Assembly (NCBI GenBank): GCA_034717495.1 | Contig: JAYELL010000001.1 | Coordinates: forward strand, 66,649 to 130,648 | Direction: 5' to 3' | Source of the DNA: Chloroflexota bacterium | Lineage (GTDB): Bacteria > Chloroflexota > Anaerolineae > JAAEKA01 | DNA length: 64,000 bases | Shown: in pieces, positions 18,407-28,208 of the stretch | How the letters are laid out: each line of letters starts with the position of its first letter | Numbering within the stretch: the first letter of the stretch is position 1 | Notes under the pieces: model-generated | Seen by the model: the letters and a program-made list of their open reading frames with translations, nothing else | Told to the model about the DNA's origin: nothing | Databases searched by the model: none | Position numbers and translations under genes: made by a program

Positions 18407-19363
18407 ATGCAACCACGAGATCGTTTCATCGCCGCCCTGGAGCGACGTCCCTTTACGGGCCGGGTACCCCATTTTGAACTGGTTTTTTATCTGACCATGG
18501 AGGCATTCGGCAGGGTTCATCCCGGACACCGAAGTTATCACCAGTGGATGCAGATGGATGAGGAGGAACGCCAGTTGCACCGGGTCGATATGGCCGGTCT
18601 TTATATCGCCACGGCAGAACGCTATGAGCACAGCGCCATCTTTCTCCATCCCAATCCAGACTCGCTGGAAGAGACCATTCGTCTGGTCGATCTTGTTCGG
18701 GAGCGTACCGGTGACCGCTACTTCCTCATGCGGCACGGGGACGCTACCTTCAGCATTCCCGACGGCACCACGATGGTGGATTTCGTCTACCGACTGGCCG
18801 ATGAGCCAGACAAGGTCAAAGCTGAGGCCCAGGAAAATGTAAACCATGCTCTTGAGCTCGCGGAGCAGCTGGCGAAACATGGAGAACTCGACGGATTCGC
18901 ACTCTGTGCGGATTACTGCTTCAACAGCGGGCCCTTTCTGAGTCCCAGGATGTTCTCGGAATTCATCACGCCCTATCTCACACAGCTTGTTCGCGGTTAT
19001 CGCCAACTGGGTTTCTACGTCATCAAACATACTGACGGCAACATCATGCCGATTATCGACGATCTGTTGGAGGGCGAACCCCATGCGCTGCATTCTCTGG
19101 ATCCGCAAGCCGGAATCGACATCGCCCAGGTTAAGCGGGATTTCGGCCATCGGGTCTGCCTGATTGGCAACGTCAATTGCGGGCTGTTGGATACCGGTAC
19201 CGAGGAAGAAGTCATCGAATCGGCCAGCTATGCGTTGAGGCACGGCATGCCCGGCGGAGGTTACATCTTTTCCACCAGCAATTGCATCTACACCGGCATG
19301 CGTCTCTCCCGCTACGAGTTGATGCTGGACGTCTGGCGCCGCGAGGGCAATTATGACGCGTAG
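18407..19363 (+). CDS. uroporphyrinogen decarboxylase (URO-D/MtaA) family protein, second paralog
   Basis: RDRFIAALERRPFTGRVPHFEL N-terminus. Strong C-terminal collinearity with URO-D/MtaA (FLSPRMFSEFITPY...IKHTDGNIMPIIDDLLEGEPHALHSLDPQAGIDIAQVKRDFGHRVCLIGNV...PGGGYIFSTSN). Preferred over the overlapping antisense ORF 18305-19243. Confidence 0.7.
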   Translation: MQPRDRFIAALERRPFTGRVPHFELVFYLTMEAFGRVHPGHRSYHQWMQMDEEERQLHRVDMAGLYIATAERYEHSAIFLHPNPDSLEETIRLVDLVRERTGDRYFLMRHGDATFSIPDGTTMVDFVYRLADEPDKVKAEAQENVNHALELAEQLAKHGELDGFALCADYCFNSGPFLSPRMFSEFITPYLTQLVRGYRQLGFYVIKHTDGNIMPIIDDLLEGEPHALHSLDPQAGIDIAQVKRDFGHRVCLIGNVNCGLLDTGTEEEVIESASYALRHGMPGGGYIFSTSNCIYTGMRLSRYELMLDVWRREGNYDA

Positions 19364-19371
19364 CGCGTAGA

Positions 19372-20430
19372 ATGAATCCTATGAAAAAACATCTATCGAC
19401 CGCTCGTCTGCAGGATATCCTCGATCGTTTCGGCGAGCTGCAAGTCGGCGTTATCGGTGATCTTGCACTCGATGCTTACTGGTATGCCGATATGACCCAG
19501 TCCTATCTTTCCCGCGAGACACCGCTTTTTCCACGGCCCGTGGTGCGCGAAGTGTACGCGCCCGGCGCGGGCGCCAACGTGGCCGACAACCTGGCGGCTC
19601 TCGGTGTGCGCAAGGTTGTCGCATTCTCCGTCATCGGTGATGACTGGCGCGGCCAACTCTTGCGACGGGAATTGACCGGGCGCGGTATCTCCGTCGAACA
19701 GCTGGTGGTCTCGGATCAACGAACGACCAGCTGCTACGTCAAACCGATCTTGATGGGCTTTGACTCGCAACAAGAGGACCCGCGTCTTGATTTCAGCAAC
19801 GCTGTCCCGCTCGATGGTCCGTCGGTGGAAGCGTTGATCGATCGGATTTCCAGGGAAATAACAAATCTGGACGCGCTGCTGGTTGCCGATCAATTCGAGC
19901 TGAATGGCATTATCGCGGACCCGGTTCTCGACGCGCTCAACCAATTGGCCGCCGATCATCCAGCTACCCACTTTGTTGTGGATTCGCGCCAGCGAATCGG
20001 CTTGTTCAGCCACATGGTGCTCAAGCCCAACTGGGTGGAGGCGGGGGCAGCAATTTACCCCCACCGTGACCCGCGGGATCTGAGCCAGGAGCAACTCGTT
20101 GAGGTCGGGAAACTATTGAGCCAGCGCAGCAGCCGGCCTGCTTTCATCACATTGAGTAACCGGGGCGCTCTGGTTTGCACGGAGGCTGAACAGGTCAGGG
20201 TACCGGCAGGACCTGTCCAGCCACCACTGGATCCGGTGGGCGCAGGCGATACATTTGTCGCTGCGCTGGCGGCATCTCTTGCAGCTGGGGCCGCGCCGGC
20301 CGAGGCGGCCGCGGTCGCCAATCTGGCGGCTTCCATCACCGTCGAAAAACTCAACCAGACCGGCACCGCTACACCCGAAGAGATCGTGGTTCGCTACGAA
20401 TTGGCCAGCACTCAGGAGGATTCCCGTTGA
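19372..20430 (+). CDS. PfkB-family sugar kinase resembling D-glycero-beta-D-manno-heptose-7-phosphate kinase (HldE domain I / HldA-like)
   Basis: VGVIGDLALDAYWYADMTQSYLSRETPLFPRPVVREVYAPGAGANVADNLAALG parallels HldE [46 protein letters not shown]. C-terminal PfkB motif DPVGAGDTFVAALAASLAAG. Confidence 0.7.
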   Translation: MNPMKKHLSTARLQDILDRFGELQVGVIGDLALDAYWYADMTQSYLSRETPLFPRPVVREVYAPGAGANVADNLAALGVRKVVAFSVIGDDWRGQLLRRELTGRGISVEQLVVSDQRTTSCYVKPILMGFDSQQEDPRLDFSNAVPLDGPSVEALIDRISREITNLDALLVADQFELNGIIADPVLDALNQLAADHPATHFVVDSRQRIGLFSHMVLKPNWVEAGAAIYPHRDPRDLSQEQLVEVGKLLSQRSSRPAFITLSNRGALVCTEAEQVRVPAGPVQPPLDPVGAGDTFVAALAASLAAGAAPAEAAAVANLAASITVEKLNQTGTATPEEIVVRYELASTQEDSR

Positions 20431-21284
20431 CCTTATCCCCAATCATCACTGCCGGCGAACTGCCGCCCCTGCCATGGCTGGAGGTCATCAATCCTTTGGC
20501 CCGTCTCGGGCAGGTGCGCCACGCCCTGTTCGACTTCGACGGTACTATCTCGGTCATTCGCAGGGGTTGGGAGCAGATCATGATTCCCTTGATGGTTGAG
20601 ATGATCTGCGAAGATCAGCCACCGTCGCCGGAGATCGAAGCGCAGGTGGAAGACTATGTGGATCTTTCGACCGGTATCCTGACAATCAAGCAGATGGAAT
20701 GGCTCGAACAAGCCGTGGTGCGGCACGACCTTGCCAGCAGAAAGTTGACTGCCCGCCAATACAAAACGATCTACAACGAACGATTGCTTCAACCGGTGCG
20801 AGCGCGCATGGCCCTGATGGAAGGAAGCGGCGATTCCCGCGAGACCCTGATGATTGCCGGAGTCCGGGCATTCCTGGAAGACCTTCAAGAGCGGGGCGTG
20901 AGTCTCTATCTGGCCAGCGGCTCCGATCACGTGTACGTGGTGGAAGAAGCCACAGCTCTGGGTGTTGCCGACTTTTTTGATGGACACATCTACGGGGCGC
21001 GCGATGACACAGAAGCCTATTCCAAGGATCGAATCATCTACCGCATTCTGGACGACCATGATCTGGCCGGCGAGCAGTTATTGGTTGTAGGGGATGGTCC
21101 GGTGGAGATCCGTCATGCCCGGGACAGGGGTGCCCTGGCCCTCGGTATTGCCGCCGACGAGGAACTGCGGCAGGGGCTCGATTCCCGTAAACGCCAACGG
21201 TTGTTGCTGGCCGGTGCCGACCTGCTGGTGACCGATTTTTTGCACCACGAGCAGTTGGCCGGGATTTTGGCCGGCGACGGGTAG
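20427..21284 (+). CDS. HAD superfamily phosphatase
   Basis: Motif I ALFDFDGTIS (DxDGT), motif II LASGS, motif IV VVGDGPVE..D; 285 aa. Translationally coupled to the upstream kinase by a 4-nt overlap. Confidence 0.65.
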   Translation: MTLSPIITAGELPPLPWLEVINPLARLGQVRHALFDFDGTISVIRRGWEQIMIPLMVEMICEDQPPSPEIEAQVEDYVDLSTGILTIKQMEWLEQAVVRHDLASRKLTARQYKTIYNERLLQPVRARMALMEGSGDSRETLMIAGVRAFLEDLQERGVSLYLASGSDHVYVVEEATALGVADFFDGHIYGARDDTEAYSKDRIIYRILDDHDLAGEQLLVVGDGPVEIRHARDRGALALGIAADEELRQGLDSRKRQRLLLAGADLLVTDFLHHEQLAGILAGDG

Positions 21285-21547
21285 GGGGGCGCGGCGACGG
21301 TTTGGACCACGAAGGCGCGAAGGATCGCGGATGACACGAAGCGCGAAGGAGACGAAGGACACGAAGGACACGGAGACATGGCGATAGGGCGACGGTTTGG
21401 ACCACGAAGGCGCGAAGGATCGCGGATGACACGAAGCGCGAAGGAGACGAAGGACACGGAGACACGGCGATAGGGCGACCCTGCGACTCTGAAACTCTGA
21501 GACTCTGAGACTCTGAGACTCGGGAACCCTGGAAGAAGGAACAACCA
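21285..21547 (+). repeat. octamer-phased repeat block with a ~100/86-bp tandem duplication and a (gactctga)n run, upstream of the GH2 gene
   Basis: 'gggcgacggtttggaccacgaaggcgcgaaggatcgcggatgacacgaagcgcgaaggagacgaaggacac..ggagaca(t/c)ggcgata' occurs twice (~21288-21387 and ~21388-21473). Then gactctgaaactctgagactctgagactctgagactc, then gaaggaacaaccaATG. Confidence 0.6.
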
Positions 21548-24079
21548 ATGCTCGACTTGAACGGATCCTGGAAACTCATGGACTTTGCACCCGGCCTGGG
21601 TGTGGCCGCCGGCGCGTTTAGCAGCGACTTCGATGATAGCGACTGGCCGCCGGTCGGCGTGCCGGGCGATGTGCACACTGCCCTGGTCCGGCAGGGACGC
21701 ATCGAACCACCCTTTTTTAACATGAATGTCGAGACCTGCCAATGGGTCGAGGACCAGGAGTGGTGGTACCGGCGAAGCTTTCAGATCGATGAACCAGTCC
21801 TGTCGCCAGGCTCGCGTTTCATTTTGCGATTCGATGGCCTTGACACATTTGCCACGATTTATCTAAACGGCGCCGAAATAGGCCAACATGCCAATATGTT
21901 CATCGGCAAGGAACTGGATGTGACCAGCGATCTCCGGCCGGGTGATAACCTGCTGGCCGTCTGCTTCGACCCGGTGATGCAACAAATAGGCGATCACTCG
22001 CTGGACGGGCAGTGGGCCAGCTATGGCGCCGAGCGTGTCTGGGCTCGCAAGGCCCAGTACAACTTCAGTTGGGACTGGGCACCTCGCCTTCTCAGCGCAG
22101 GCATCTGGCAGGATGTGATACTTAAGCGTTTTGAAGGTGCCCGGTTGGCGGATGTGTTTTTCAAGACCGTCATGTTCAACGAAGATCTGGCGCGTGTTGC
22201 CATCGATATTGACATAAACAGATGGACGAATAACCGCGAACTCGGCGTCGAGATCGTTCTGAGTCGAGGCGAACAAGAGTTGGTTGCAGCGGCACCTGTG
22301 TCCGGGAACCGGATAGAAATGGCGCTTGATGTTTTCGACCCGGCCATTTGGTGGACCCACGATCTGGGTGAGCCTGCACTTTACGACCTGGAGGTGCGTC
22401 TGCTGGGGCAGGAGGGGCTTCTGGACGTTTACCGGGACCAGGTTGGTATCCGTACCATCGAGGTAGACCAATCCCTCGATCCGGAGGAACCGGGCACCCG
22501 GTTCTTTACCTTCGTCCTTAATGGCGTGCCCCTCTTTGCCCGGGGTGCGGACTGGATTCCGGCCGATTCCTTCGTTGCCCAGGTGGATGAGGATCGCTAC
22601 CGCGACCTTCTGAGGCTGGCGGTGGAAGCCAACATGAACTGCCTGCGGGTGTGGGGTGGTGGCATCTACGAGAAACGGGCCTTCTATCAACTGTGCGACC
22701 AGTTTGGTCTGCTGGTCTGGCAGGATTTCATGTTTGCCTGCGCGCTCTATCCCGATTTCGATCCAGACTTCGTGGCGCAGATCGAAGTGGAGGCAGATGC
22801 CGTGGTTCGCCGTTTGCGCAACCATCCCTCCATCGCCATGTGGTGTGGCAGCAATGAAAACATATGGATCGACGACCTGGTCAACTGGGATGAGCCAGGC
22901 CGCGACTTCCCCGGAAAAACGATCTACCACCAGGTTTTACCGGACATCGTCGATCGATTGGACGGCACCCGTTTGTACTGGCCCTCCAGCCCCTTTGGCG
23001 GCAACGATCACAACGACGAGCGTCAGGGAAACCGGCACAATTGGCAGGTCTGGCATGGTGCTGAGTTGCCGCGTCGCTTTGGCGAGGAACCCCGGCGTGA
23101 TTTCTCGCCGGACGGCGTTTCCTTCCGGCACTATGGGCACGACATGGCTCGATTTATCAGCGAATTCGGCATGCATGCTTCGCCGGTGCTGGAAACTTTG
23201 CGGCGCAATGTTCCCGAAACCGGGCTGCGTTTCGCAAGCCCCGAGCTGCTCTATCGCAACAAGGACCGGCCAAAGGACAAGGGAAACATGTTGATGCGGG
23301 CCCACACGGGCTTACCCGCGTCCCTTCAGGAGTACGTCGATTTCTCCATGATTGCCCAGGCGGAGGGGCTCAAGTTCGCTCTTGAACATTACCGGCGGCG
23401 CAAGTTTCACTGCAGCGGCACTCTCTTCTGGCAACTGAACGACTGCTGGCCCGGCCTGAGTTGGAGCGTTCTTGACTACTATCACTTTGCGAAAGCCGGC
23501 TATTTTTACGCAAAACGGGCCTATGCCCCGCTGATGGCCTCCTTTCAGTCGGAAGTCGACGGCAGTGTTTCCTTGTGGGTTGTCAATGACACGTTGGCTG
23601 AGTTGCATGACTCGGCCCTGTGGACGCTGGCGACATTTGATGGCGAAACCATTCATCAGGGATCGCAAGGCTATTCCCTGGACGCAAACGTATCCCGCCT
23701 GGTGACCAGTATCCCTGCCGAGCTTTTGCGCCGGGCCGATCCCAGGGCAAGCTTTCTCCATGTTCGCTCGCAAGGCAGCCTGTTTCCAGATAACCGGCAC
23801 TTCTTTGTGGAAATCAAGGATCTGCTTCGGCCGCAAGCAAACCTGGAAGTAGGTATCAGCGAGGCGGAAAGGGGGCTGGATGTCCAGATATCCAGCGACC
23901 TGTTCGCCTACTTCGTTCAAGTCGTGGTCCCCGTCCAAGGCACACGCTTCTCTGACAACTACATCGATCTACTGCCGGGAGAGAAACGGCTTATTCAGGT
24001 CCGTCACGCCGGCGACCGTGCCTTGACGAAGGATGACGTTGTCGTATCCTGTCTCCCCGGAACCAGCGCCACGATATGA
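21548..24079 (+). CDS. beta-mannosidase, glycoside hydrolase family 2
   Basis: LNGSWKL..DSDWPPVGVPGDVHTALVRQGRIEPPFFNMNVETCQWVEDQEWWYRRSF matches the GH2 beta-mannosidase N-terminus (GxWxF..W..ITVPG..H..L...G.I.DP..G.NE....WVE...WWYR.F). 843 aa. Confidence 0.8.
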   Translation: MLDLNGSWKLMDFAPGLGVAAGAFSSDFDDSDWPPVGVPGDVHTALVRQGRIEPPFFNMNVETCQWVEDQEWWYRRSFQIDEPVLSPGSRFILRFDGLDTFATIYLNGAEIGQHANMFIGKELDVTSDLRPGDNLLAVCFDPVMQQIGDHSLDGQWASYGAERVWARKAQYNFSWDWAPRLLSAGIWQDVILKRFEGARLADVFFKTVMFNEDLARVAIDIDINRWTNNRELGVEIVLSRGEQELVAAAPVSGNRIEMALDVFDPAIWWTHDLGEPALYDLEVRLLGQEGLLDVYRDQVGIRTIEVDQSLDPEEPGTRFFTFVLNGVPLFARGADWIPADSFVAQVDEDRYRDLLRLAVEANMNCLRVWGGGIYEKRAFYQLCDQFGLLVWQDFMFACALYPDFDPDFVAQIEVEADAVVRRLRNHPSIAMWCGSNENIWIDDLVNWDEPGRDFPGKTIYHQVLPDIVDRLDGTRLYWPSSPFGGNDHNDERQGNRHNWQVWHGAELPRRFGEEPRRDFSPDGVSFRHYGHDMARFISEFGMHASPVLETLRRNVPETGLRFASPELLYRNKDRPKDKGNMLMRAHTGLPASLQEYVDFSMIAQAEGLKFALEHYRRRKFHCSGTLFWQLNDCWPGLSWSVLDYYHFAKAGYFYAKRAYAPLMASFQSEVDGSVSLWVVNDTLAELHDSALWTLATFDGETIHQGSQGYSLDANVSRLVTSIPAELLRRADPRASFLHVRSQGSLFPDNRHFFVEIKDLLRPQANLEVGISEAERGLDVQISSDLFAYFVQVVVPVQGTRFSDNYIDLLPGEKRLIQVRHAGDRALTKDDVVVSCLPGTSATI

Positions 24080-25290
24080 CAGATCGGCCCGTAGCAATAG
24101 ACCTGTCGCTGGCAGAAGAGCCGCTGGCGACATCCGGCGAAAGCGACACATTCCAACTCGATCAGGTGCTCACCATCGGCGTGGGGCACCTGACCCATGA
24201 TATCTTTACCGCATTTCTTGCACCCCTGCTTCCTCTGATCCAGACCAGGCTCGGCCTGGGCTACGCTATGGCCGGAAGCCTGGCGATTTTCGCCCAGCTG
24301 CCCAGTCTTCTCAACCCCTTCATCGGTTACATGGCGGACAGGGTCAGCGTACGCTATTTCGTCATTCTGGCGCCAGGTGTCAGCGCGACTCTTTACAGCC
24401 TGATAGGGCTGGCGCCAAGCTACGCTGCATTGGCCATTCTCTTGTTCGCAGCCGGTATCAGTATTGCTGCCTTTCACGCCCCCGCGCCGGCCATGGTTGC
24501 CAAGGTGTCTGGTCCCCGGGTCGGCACGGGAATGAGTGTCTTTATGGCTTCTGGCGAGTTGGCCCGGGCCATTGGTCCGATCTTCGCTGTGGCAGGGGTG
24601 GCGTGGTTCGGTTTAGAGGGCATATGGCGATTGGCCGTGCTGGGTTGGCTGGTATCTGCCTTCCTTTTCGTGCGCCTTCGGCGGGTTCCGGCGACGCCAA
24701 GGACCCCGGGAAACTCCGACATGGCTGACTTCTGGCATACAGCACGGCGTGTGTTTCCCTCTCTTACCTGGCTGGTTAGCGGACGAATCTTCATGTTGGC
24801 GGCAGTGACAACCTATTTGCCCATCTATATGAGCGATGAACGGGAGGCCGGCCTCTGGATGGCAGCAGCAGCCCTGACGATTCTGGAAGCCGCGGGGGTA
24901 GCCGGCGCGTTGCTGGCCGGTACGCTGAGCGACCGGCTGGGGCGTAAGCGGGTCCTGCTGGTGCTCATGAGCGTGGCGCCGCTTCTTTTGTTCGCTTTTG
25001 TGTCTGGCCCCGAGTGGCTGGCAGTACCCCTGCTGGTCGCTCTGGGGTTTACAGCTATTTCCCCGCAGCCGGTGCTGTTGGCTCTGGTGCAGGATCAGTT
25101 TCCCAGAAACCGCGCCCTGGCCAACGGCACCTTCCTGGCCATCAGCTTTGTCGTCCGGGCCGCGGGCATCTGGCTCGTTGGTGTTATTGCCGACAGCTAC
25201 GGGCTGAACAGTGCCTTTGCCTTCAGCGCCTTCTTTGCCTTGTTCAGTATTCCTTCAGTGTTTCTGTTGCCGTCGAAAGAGGTTGAATGA
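24076..25290 (+). CDS. MFS transporter
   Basis: 12-TM hydrophobic profile; overlaps the GH2 stop by 4 nt (translational coupling). Confidence 0.75.
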   Translation: MTDRPVAIDLSLAEEPLATSGESDTFQLDQVLTIGVGHLTHDIFTAFLAPLLPLIQTRLGLGYAMAGSLAIFAQLPSLLNPFIGYMADRVSVRYFVILAPGVSATLYSLIGLAPSYAALAILLFAAGISIAAFHAPAPAMVAKVSGPRVGTGMSVFMASGELARAIGPIFAVAGVAWFGLEGIWRLAVLGWLVSAFLFVRLRRVPATPRTPGNSDMADFWHTARRVFPSLTWLVSGRIFMLAAVTTYLPIYMSDEREAGLWMAAAALTILEAAGVAGALLAGTLSDRLGRKRVLLVLMSVAPLLLFAFVSGPEWLAVPLLVALGFTAISPQPVLLALVQDQFPRNRALANGTFLAISFVVRAAGIWLVGVIADSYGLNSAFAFSAFFALFSIPSVFLLPSKEVE

Positions 25291-25329
25291 GGCAGGTTCG
25301 GCCTGGCGGTCTGCAAAGAAACTCGCGAT

Positions 25330-25450
25330 TTCCCGACCAACCGAGTGTCATCCCCGCGCGGGCGGGGATCCAGGGCGTGAACTCCTGGACTCCCGCGTTC
25401 CCCGTGCTCGCGAGGATGACAGCGGGAGTGACGGATACGTGAGTTTGTTG
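25330..25450. repeat. hairpin-rich convergent-terminator region containing the second copy of the REP-like unit (ggactcccgcgttcccc..gcgaggatgacagcgggag)
   Basis: catccccgcgcgggcggggatc palindrome, followed by the unit shared with 1128-1170. Lies between convergent gene ends (MFS + strand, DUF362 - strand). Confidence 0.5.
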
Positions 25451-25778
25451 TACCGGCGATCCCGTTGCGGCGGTGGGATGGGTAACTCTCAATGACAAGA
25501 GAGGGCCTGTCACTGCGAGGAGATCGAGCGACGTCAGCGCGAGAGAAAGGGCTGCAGGAGCAATCCAGCGAGATCGACGTGGCAGTCTCATTCACGGTTG
25601 AGAGGATGGTTTGTTAACCGACTCTGAGATTGCCACGTCAGCACGCCACGCCAGCAGGTGTACCGTGAGGTAGCAGGCGGTGCGTGAGCCACGCCGGCCC
25701 GAACCCCGGCTCGCAATGACAGCAGACCTCTGTCACCGCGAGGAGTTCCTCTGAATTCCAACGAGATCTGATGAGTCC

Positions 25779-26891
25779 CTACGCCGTTGACGTCAATAGA
25801 ACCTCTCGAATCCGTCCGGCATACGCTGCGCTTTCCGCATCACCGGTAACAAAGCTGATCTGATCTGGCGATTTTACACCCAGGCCCAACTCCACCGCCC
25901 GGGCCAGCTGCTCCTGTTCGAACACGGATCCGCGCTCGACGTCGCGGGTGGTCTCAAACATGCGCAAGATGGCAACACCGGCAGCATCGATGGCAACGCG
26001 GTCGGTGCCCGCCAGAATGACTCCGGTTTCGGCCTTGGTGCCGGTGGCCGGTCCTCCCTTGACGAAGGCCTCCACGCCATCCAGAACGATAAGGGCCGGA
26101 TCATAGGCCGTATTGATTTCGGCGATCATCTTGCGCTGGTCGCTCGTGCCGTGCAGCTCGTTCATGAAGTTGTAAGAATCGTGATGTTTGGCGACGAACC
26201 CCACCGAATTCTTTAGCGAAAGGGTGAAATGCCCACCGTAGCGGTGGGTCTTCAGATTGCAGGTCTGCACCACGCATTCGGCATCCCGAAGCATCCTTGG
26301 TACAGGAAACCCCCGTGCCCAGTGGAACCCGTCGCCATCGATGATGGTCCAGGCATCGGCCGGCAGGTCCTCAAAGGCCACCGCCTCTGCACCAAATTCA
26401 TCAACTAATTCAAAGACACCTTTTTGCTCCATTACCCGATGGGTATTGCCCATGCCACTGCGATCAGCCAGGGTGATGGCGTGGGCCTCCATGTCGCTCA
26501 GGCTGGCAAGCAGTATTCGTAAAACGTCATCATGCGTGGAGCCGGGCGCGGGGTCAGCGCTGTTGAAGTTTGGTTTGAACAGCACATGACGGCCGCGAAC
26601 AGGGTTGATGCCCAGCAGCTCAAGCGCCTGGCGTACACCTGCTGCTCGATCGGTGGTGCTGACGAGAGCGATGGTTGCCAATGATTGATCAGGCGCGGCC
26701 GCGGGCGAAGATTGGGCTTTCGGCTTAGCGGAGGTTCCGGAAGAAGCCGGCTGGCCGGAGGCAGCGGGCGTATCGGTGGATCTGGCTGTCTCCCCGGGCG
26801 GAATCGGGTATGTGCAGGCGTCGGTCAGTGGCGCCAGGACCGCGGCGCTGCCCAGCGCGATCAGGTTCCTGCAGAATTGTCGGCGATTCAT
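25779..26891 (-). CDS. DUF362 domain protein with twin-arginine (Tat) signal peptide
   Basis: MNRRQFCRNLIALGSAAVLA Tat motif. Central VLFKPNFNSADPAPGSTHDDVLRILL..ITLADRSG matches DUF362. The Ser/Pro/Ala-rich linker after the signal suggests a lipoprotein or extracytoplasmic location. Start placed at the internal Met with RBS aaaggtgg. Confidence 0.55.
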   Translation of the reverse strand: MNRRQFCRNLIALGSAAVLAPLTDACTYPIPPGETARSTDTPAASGQPASSGTSAKPKAQSSPAAAPDQSLATIALVSTTDRAAGVRQALELLGINPVRGRHVLFKPNFNSADPAPGSTHDDVLRILLASLSDMEAHAITLADRSGMGNTHRVMEQKGVFELVDEFGAEAVAFEDLPADAWTIIDGDGFHWARGFPVPRMLRDAECVVQTCNLKTHRYGGHFTLSLKNSVGFVAKHHDSYNFMNELHGTSDQRKMIAEINTAYDPALIVLDGVEAFVKGGPATGTKAETGVILAGTDRVAIDAAGVAILRMFETTRDVERGSVFEQEQLARAVELGLGVKSPDQISFVTGDAESAAYAGRIREVLLTSTA

Positions 26892-26987
26892 CGGAGCACC
26901 ACCTTTCGATCCGAATCCGCGAAGTACTCGATAGTGCTTACCAGACCCACTGATCACGGTTTCCGGTGGCAGTTCCGGCGAGACCGA

Positions 26988-28208
26988 CTACGGTGCCCCC
27001 GAACCAGGACCAAGATGCTTCAACATGACAATTGGGTCTGAACCACTGGGGTTGTGGATGGTGACCCCTTCCTGCGCAGCCCGGTAGGAGACGAAGTACT
27101 CGTCGTAGGTCAATTGTCCGAAGCGAATCAAGGCCGGCGTCTCAATGGGCCACCTCTGGGCCGCTGGCTGGGACGACCCGGTCCCCATCGAGCCATGCCC
27201 TTGCACCACGATCAAACCGTAGGGACCGCTGTCCCGAATCGTAACCGTACGCCCTGGCAGAACGGTGAGTTCCTTGGCGGCGAAATATTCGTTGCCGTAA
27301 GTGATCCAGTTCTCCACGTACCCGGCCTCTTTCATCTCCTCCGGCGGTTTCACCGGAAGCGGATTCCTGAAAAATACCGCTTTGAAGTCGGGAATCGTGT
27401 TGATCTCCCAGTCCAGCATGGAAATGATGTAATCCATATCCTGTTTGTGCTTCTCGGGCACATGCATGACCAACTGCTCCCATCCGATGGGCATGTCGTT
27501 GGTCATCGACTCGAACATGGCATAGATATCGCTGGCCCACTGGGGCTCGTAGGTGCAGAGGCTTCCTGGTGCGTGCAACAGGCCCGGCGGTATGTACCAG
27601 CCTGTGCCCGTTTCCAGGCGATAGGCCCTGGACAGGTCGGTAATGCGGTTGTCCCCCTCGTTCCAGATTTCCAGGCAACGGATCACCTGTTCTTTGCTGG
27701 TTCCTGGCTCCAGGCCAAAGAAGGTGTGGGGGAAATCAGCGCCATAGTTGTTGAGTTGCGGCGGAAAGAAATAGGCCTCGGGTTTGGATTTCTGTCCCAC
27801 ATTGGCAGCGTGTTCCTCCATCTGATGCATGTGGTGGGGCAGTGGTCCTTTGTTGTCGAAGAACTTGGAGTAGATGGGCCAGCCGCCGTGTTTCTGCCAC
27901 ATGGCTTCGCCCAATAATTCAGCGCCCTCGTCCGCTACCAGGTCCGCCAACAGAACCCGCTGGGGATCGTCATTTTCCCCAGAAACCGCGTAACTCAAAC
28001 CTTCATTGGGAGTGGTCAACGGGCCGTTGTCCGCCCTGGTAGTGGATGACAACCAGCGCTCATCGATACCGCCCCGATGCGCACCGAAGGCGTAGTAGTC
28101 GTTTGGATGAAGTTTGATACGCCTGCCTGGAATGCAGAATACTCGAGGCACCCAGGTTGGTGCCAGCCGTAGAATACCCTTTCCTTGTTCAAGGATGTTG
28201 TTGGTCAT
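26988..28208 (-). CDS. bicupin-like protein, possibly a type-I mannose-6-phosphate-isomerase-like sugar isomerase
   Basis: Cupin motif 1-like GPLPHHMHQMEEHAANVG (G-x4-HxH-x3-E-x5-G) and motif 2-like GWYIPPGLLHAPG (PxG-x2-H). 406 aa is similar in size to ManA-type PMIs. The functional call is inference. Confidence 0.4.
   Translation of the reverse strand: MTNNILEQGKGILRLAPTWVPRVFCIPGRRIKLHPNDYYAFGAHRGGIDERWLSSTTRADNGPLTTPNEGLSYAVSGENDDPQRVLLADLVADEGAELLGEAMWQKHGGWPIYSKFFDNKGPLPHHMHQMEEHAANVGQKSKPEAYFFPPQLNNYGADFPHTFFGLEPGTSKEQVIRCLEIWNEGDNRITDLSRAYRLETGTGWYIPPGLLHAPGSLCTYEPQWASDIYAMFESMTNDMPIGWEQLVMHVPEKHKQDMDYIISMLDWEINTIPDFKAVFFRNPLPVKPPEEMKEAGYVENWITYGNEYFAAKELTVLPGRTVTIRDSGPYGLIVVQGHGSMGTGSSQPAAQRWPIETPALIRFGQLTYDEYFVSYRAAQEGVTIHNPSGSDPIVMLKHLGPGSGAP

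Noticed and set aside
18305-19243. 312-aa minus-strand ORF overlapping 18407-19363
   Set aside because: The plus-strand frame has unmistakable URO-D/MtaA collinearity and the minus ORF has none. Only one can be real.
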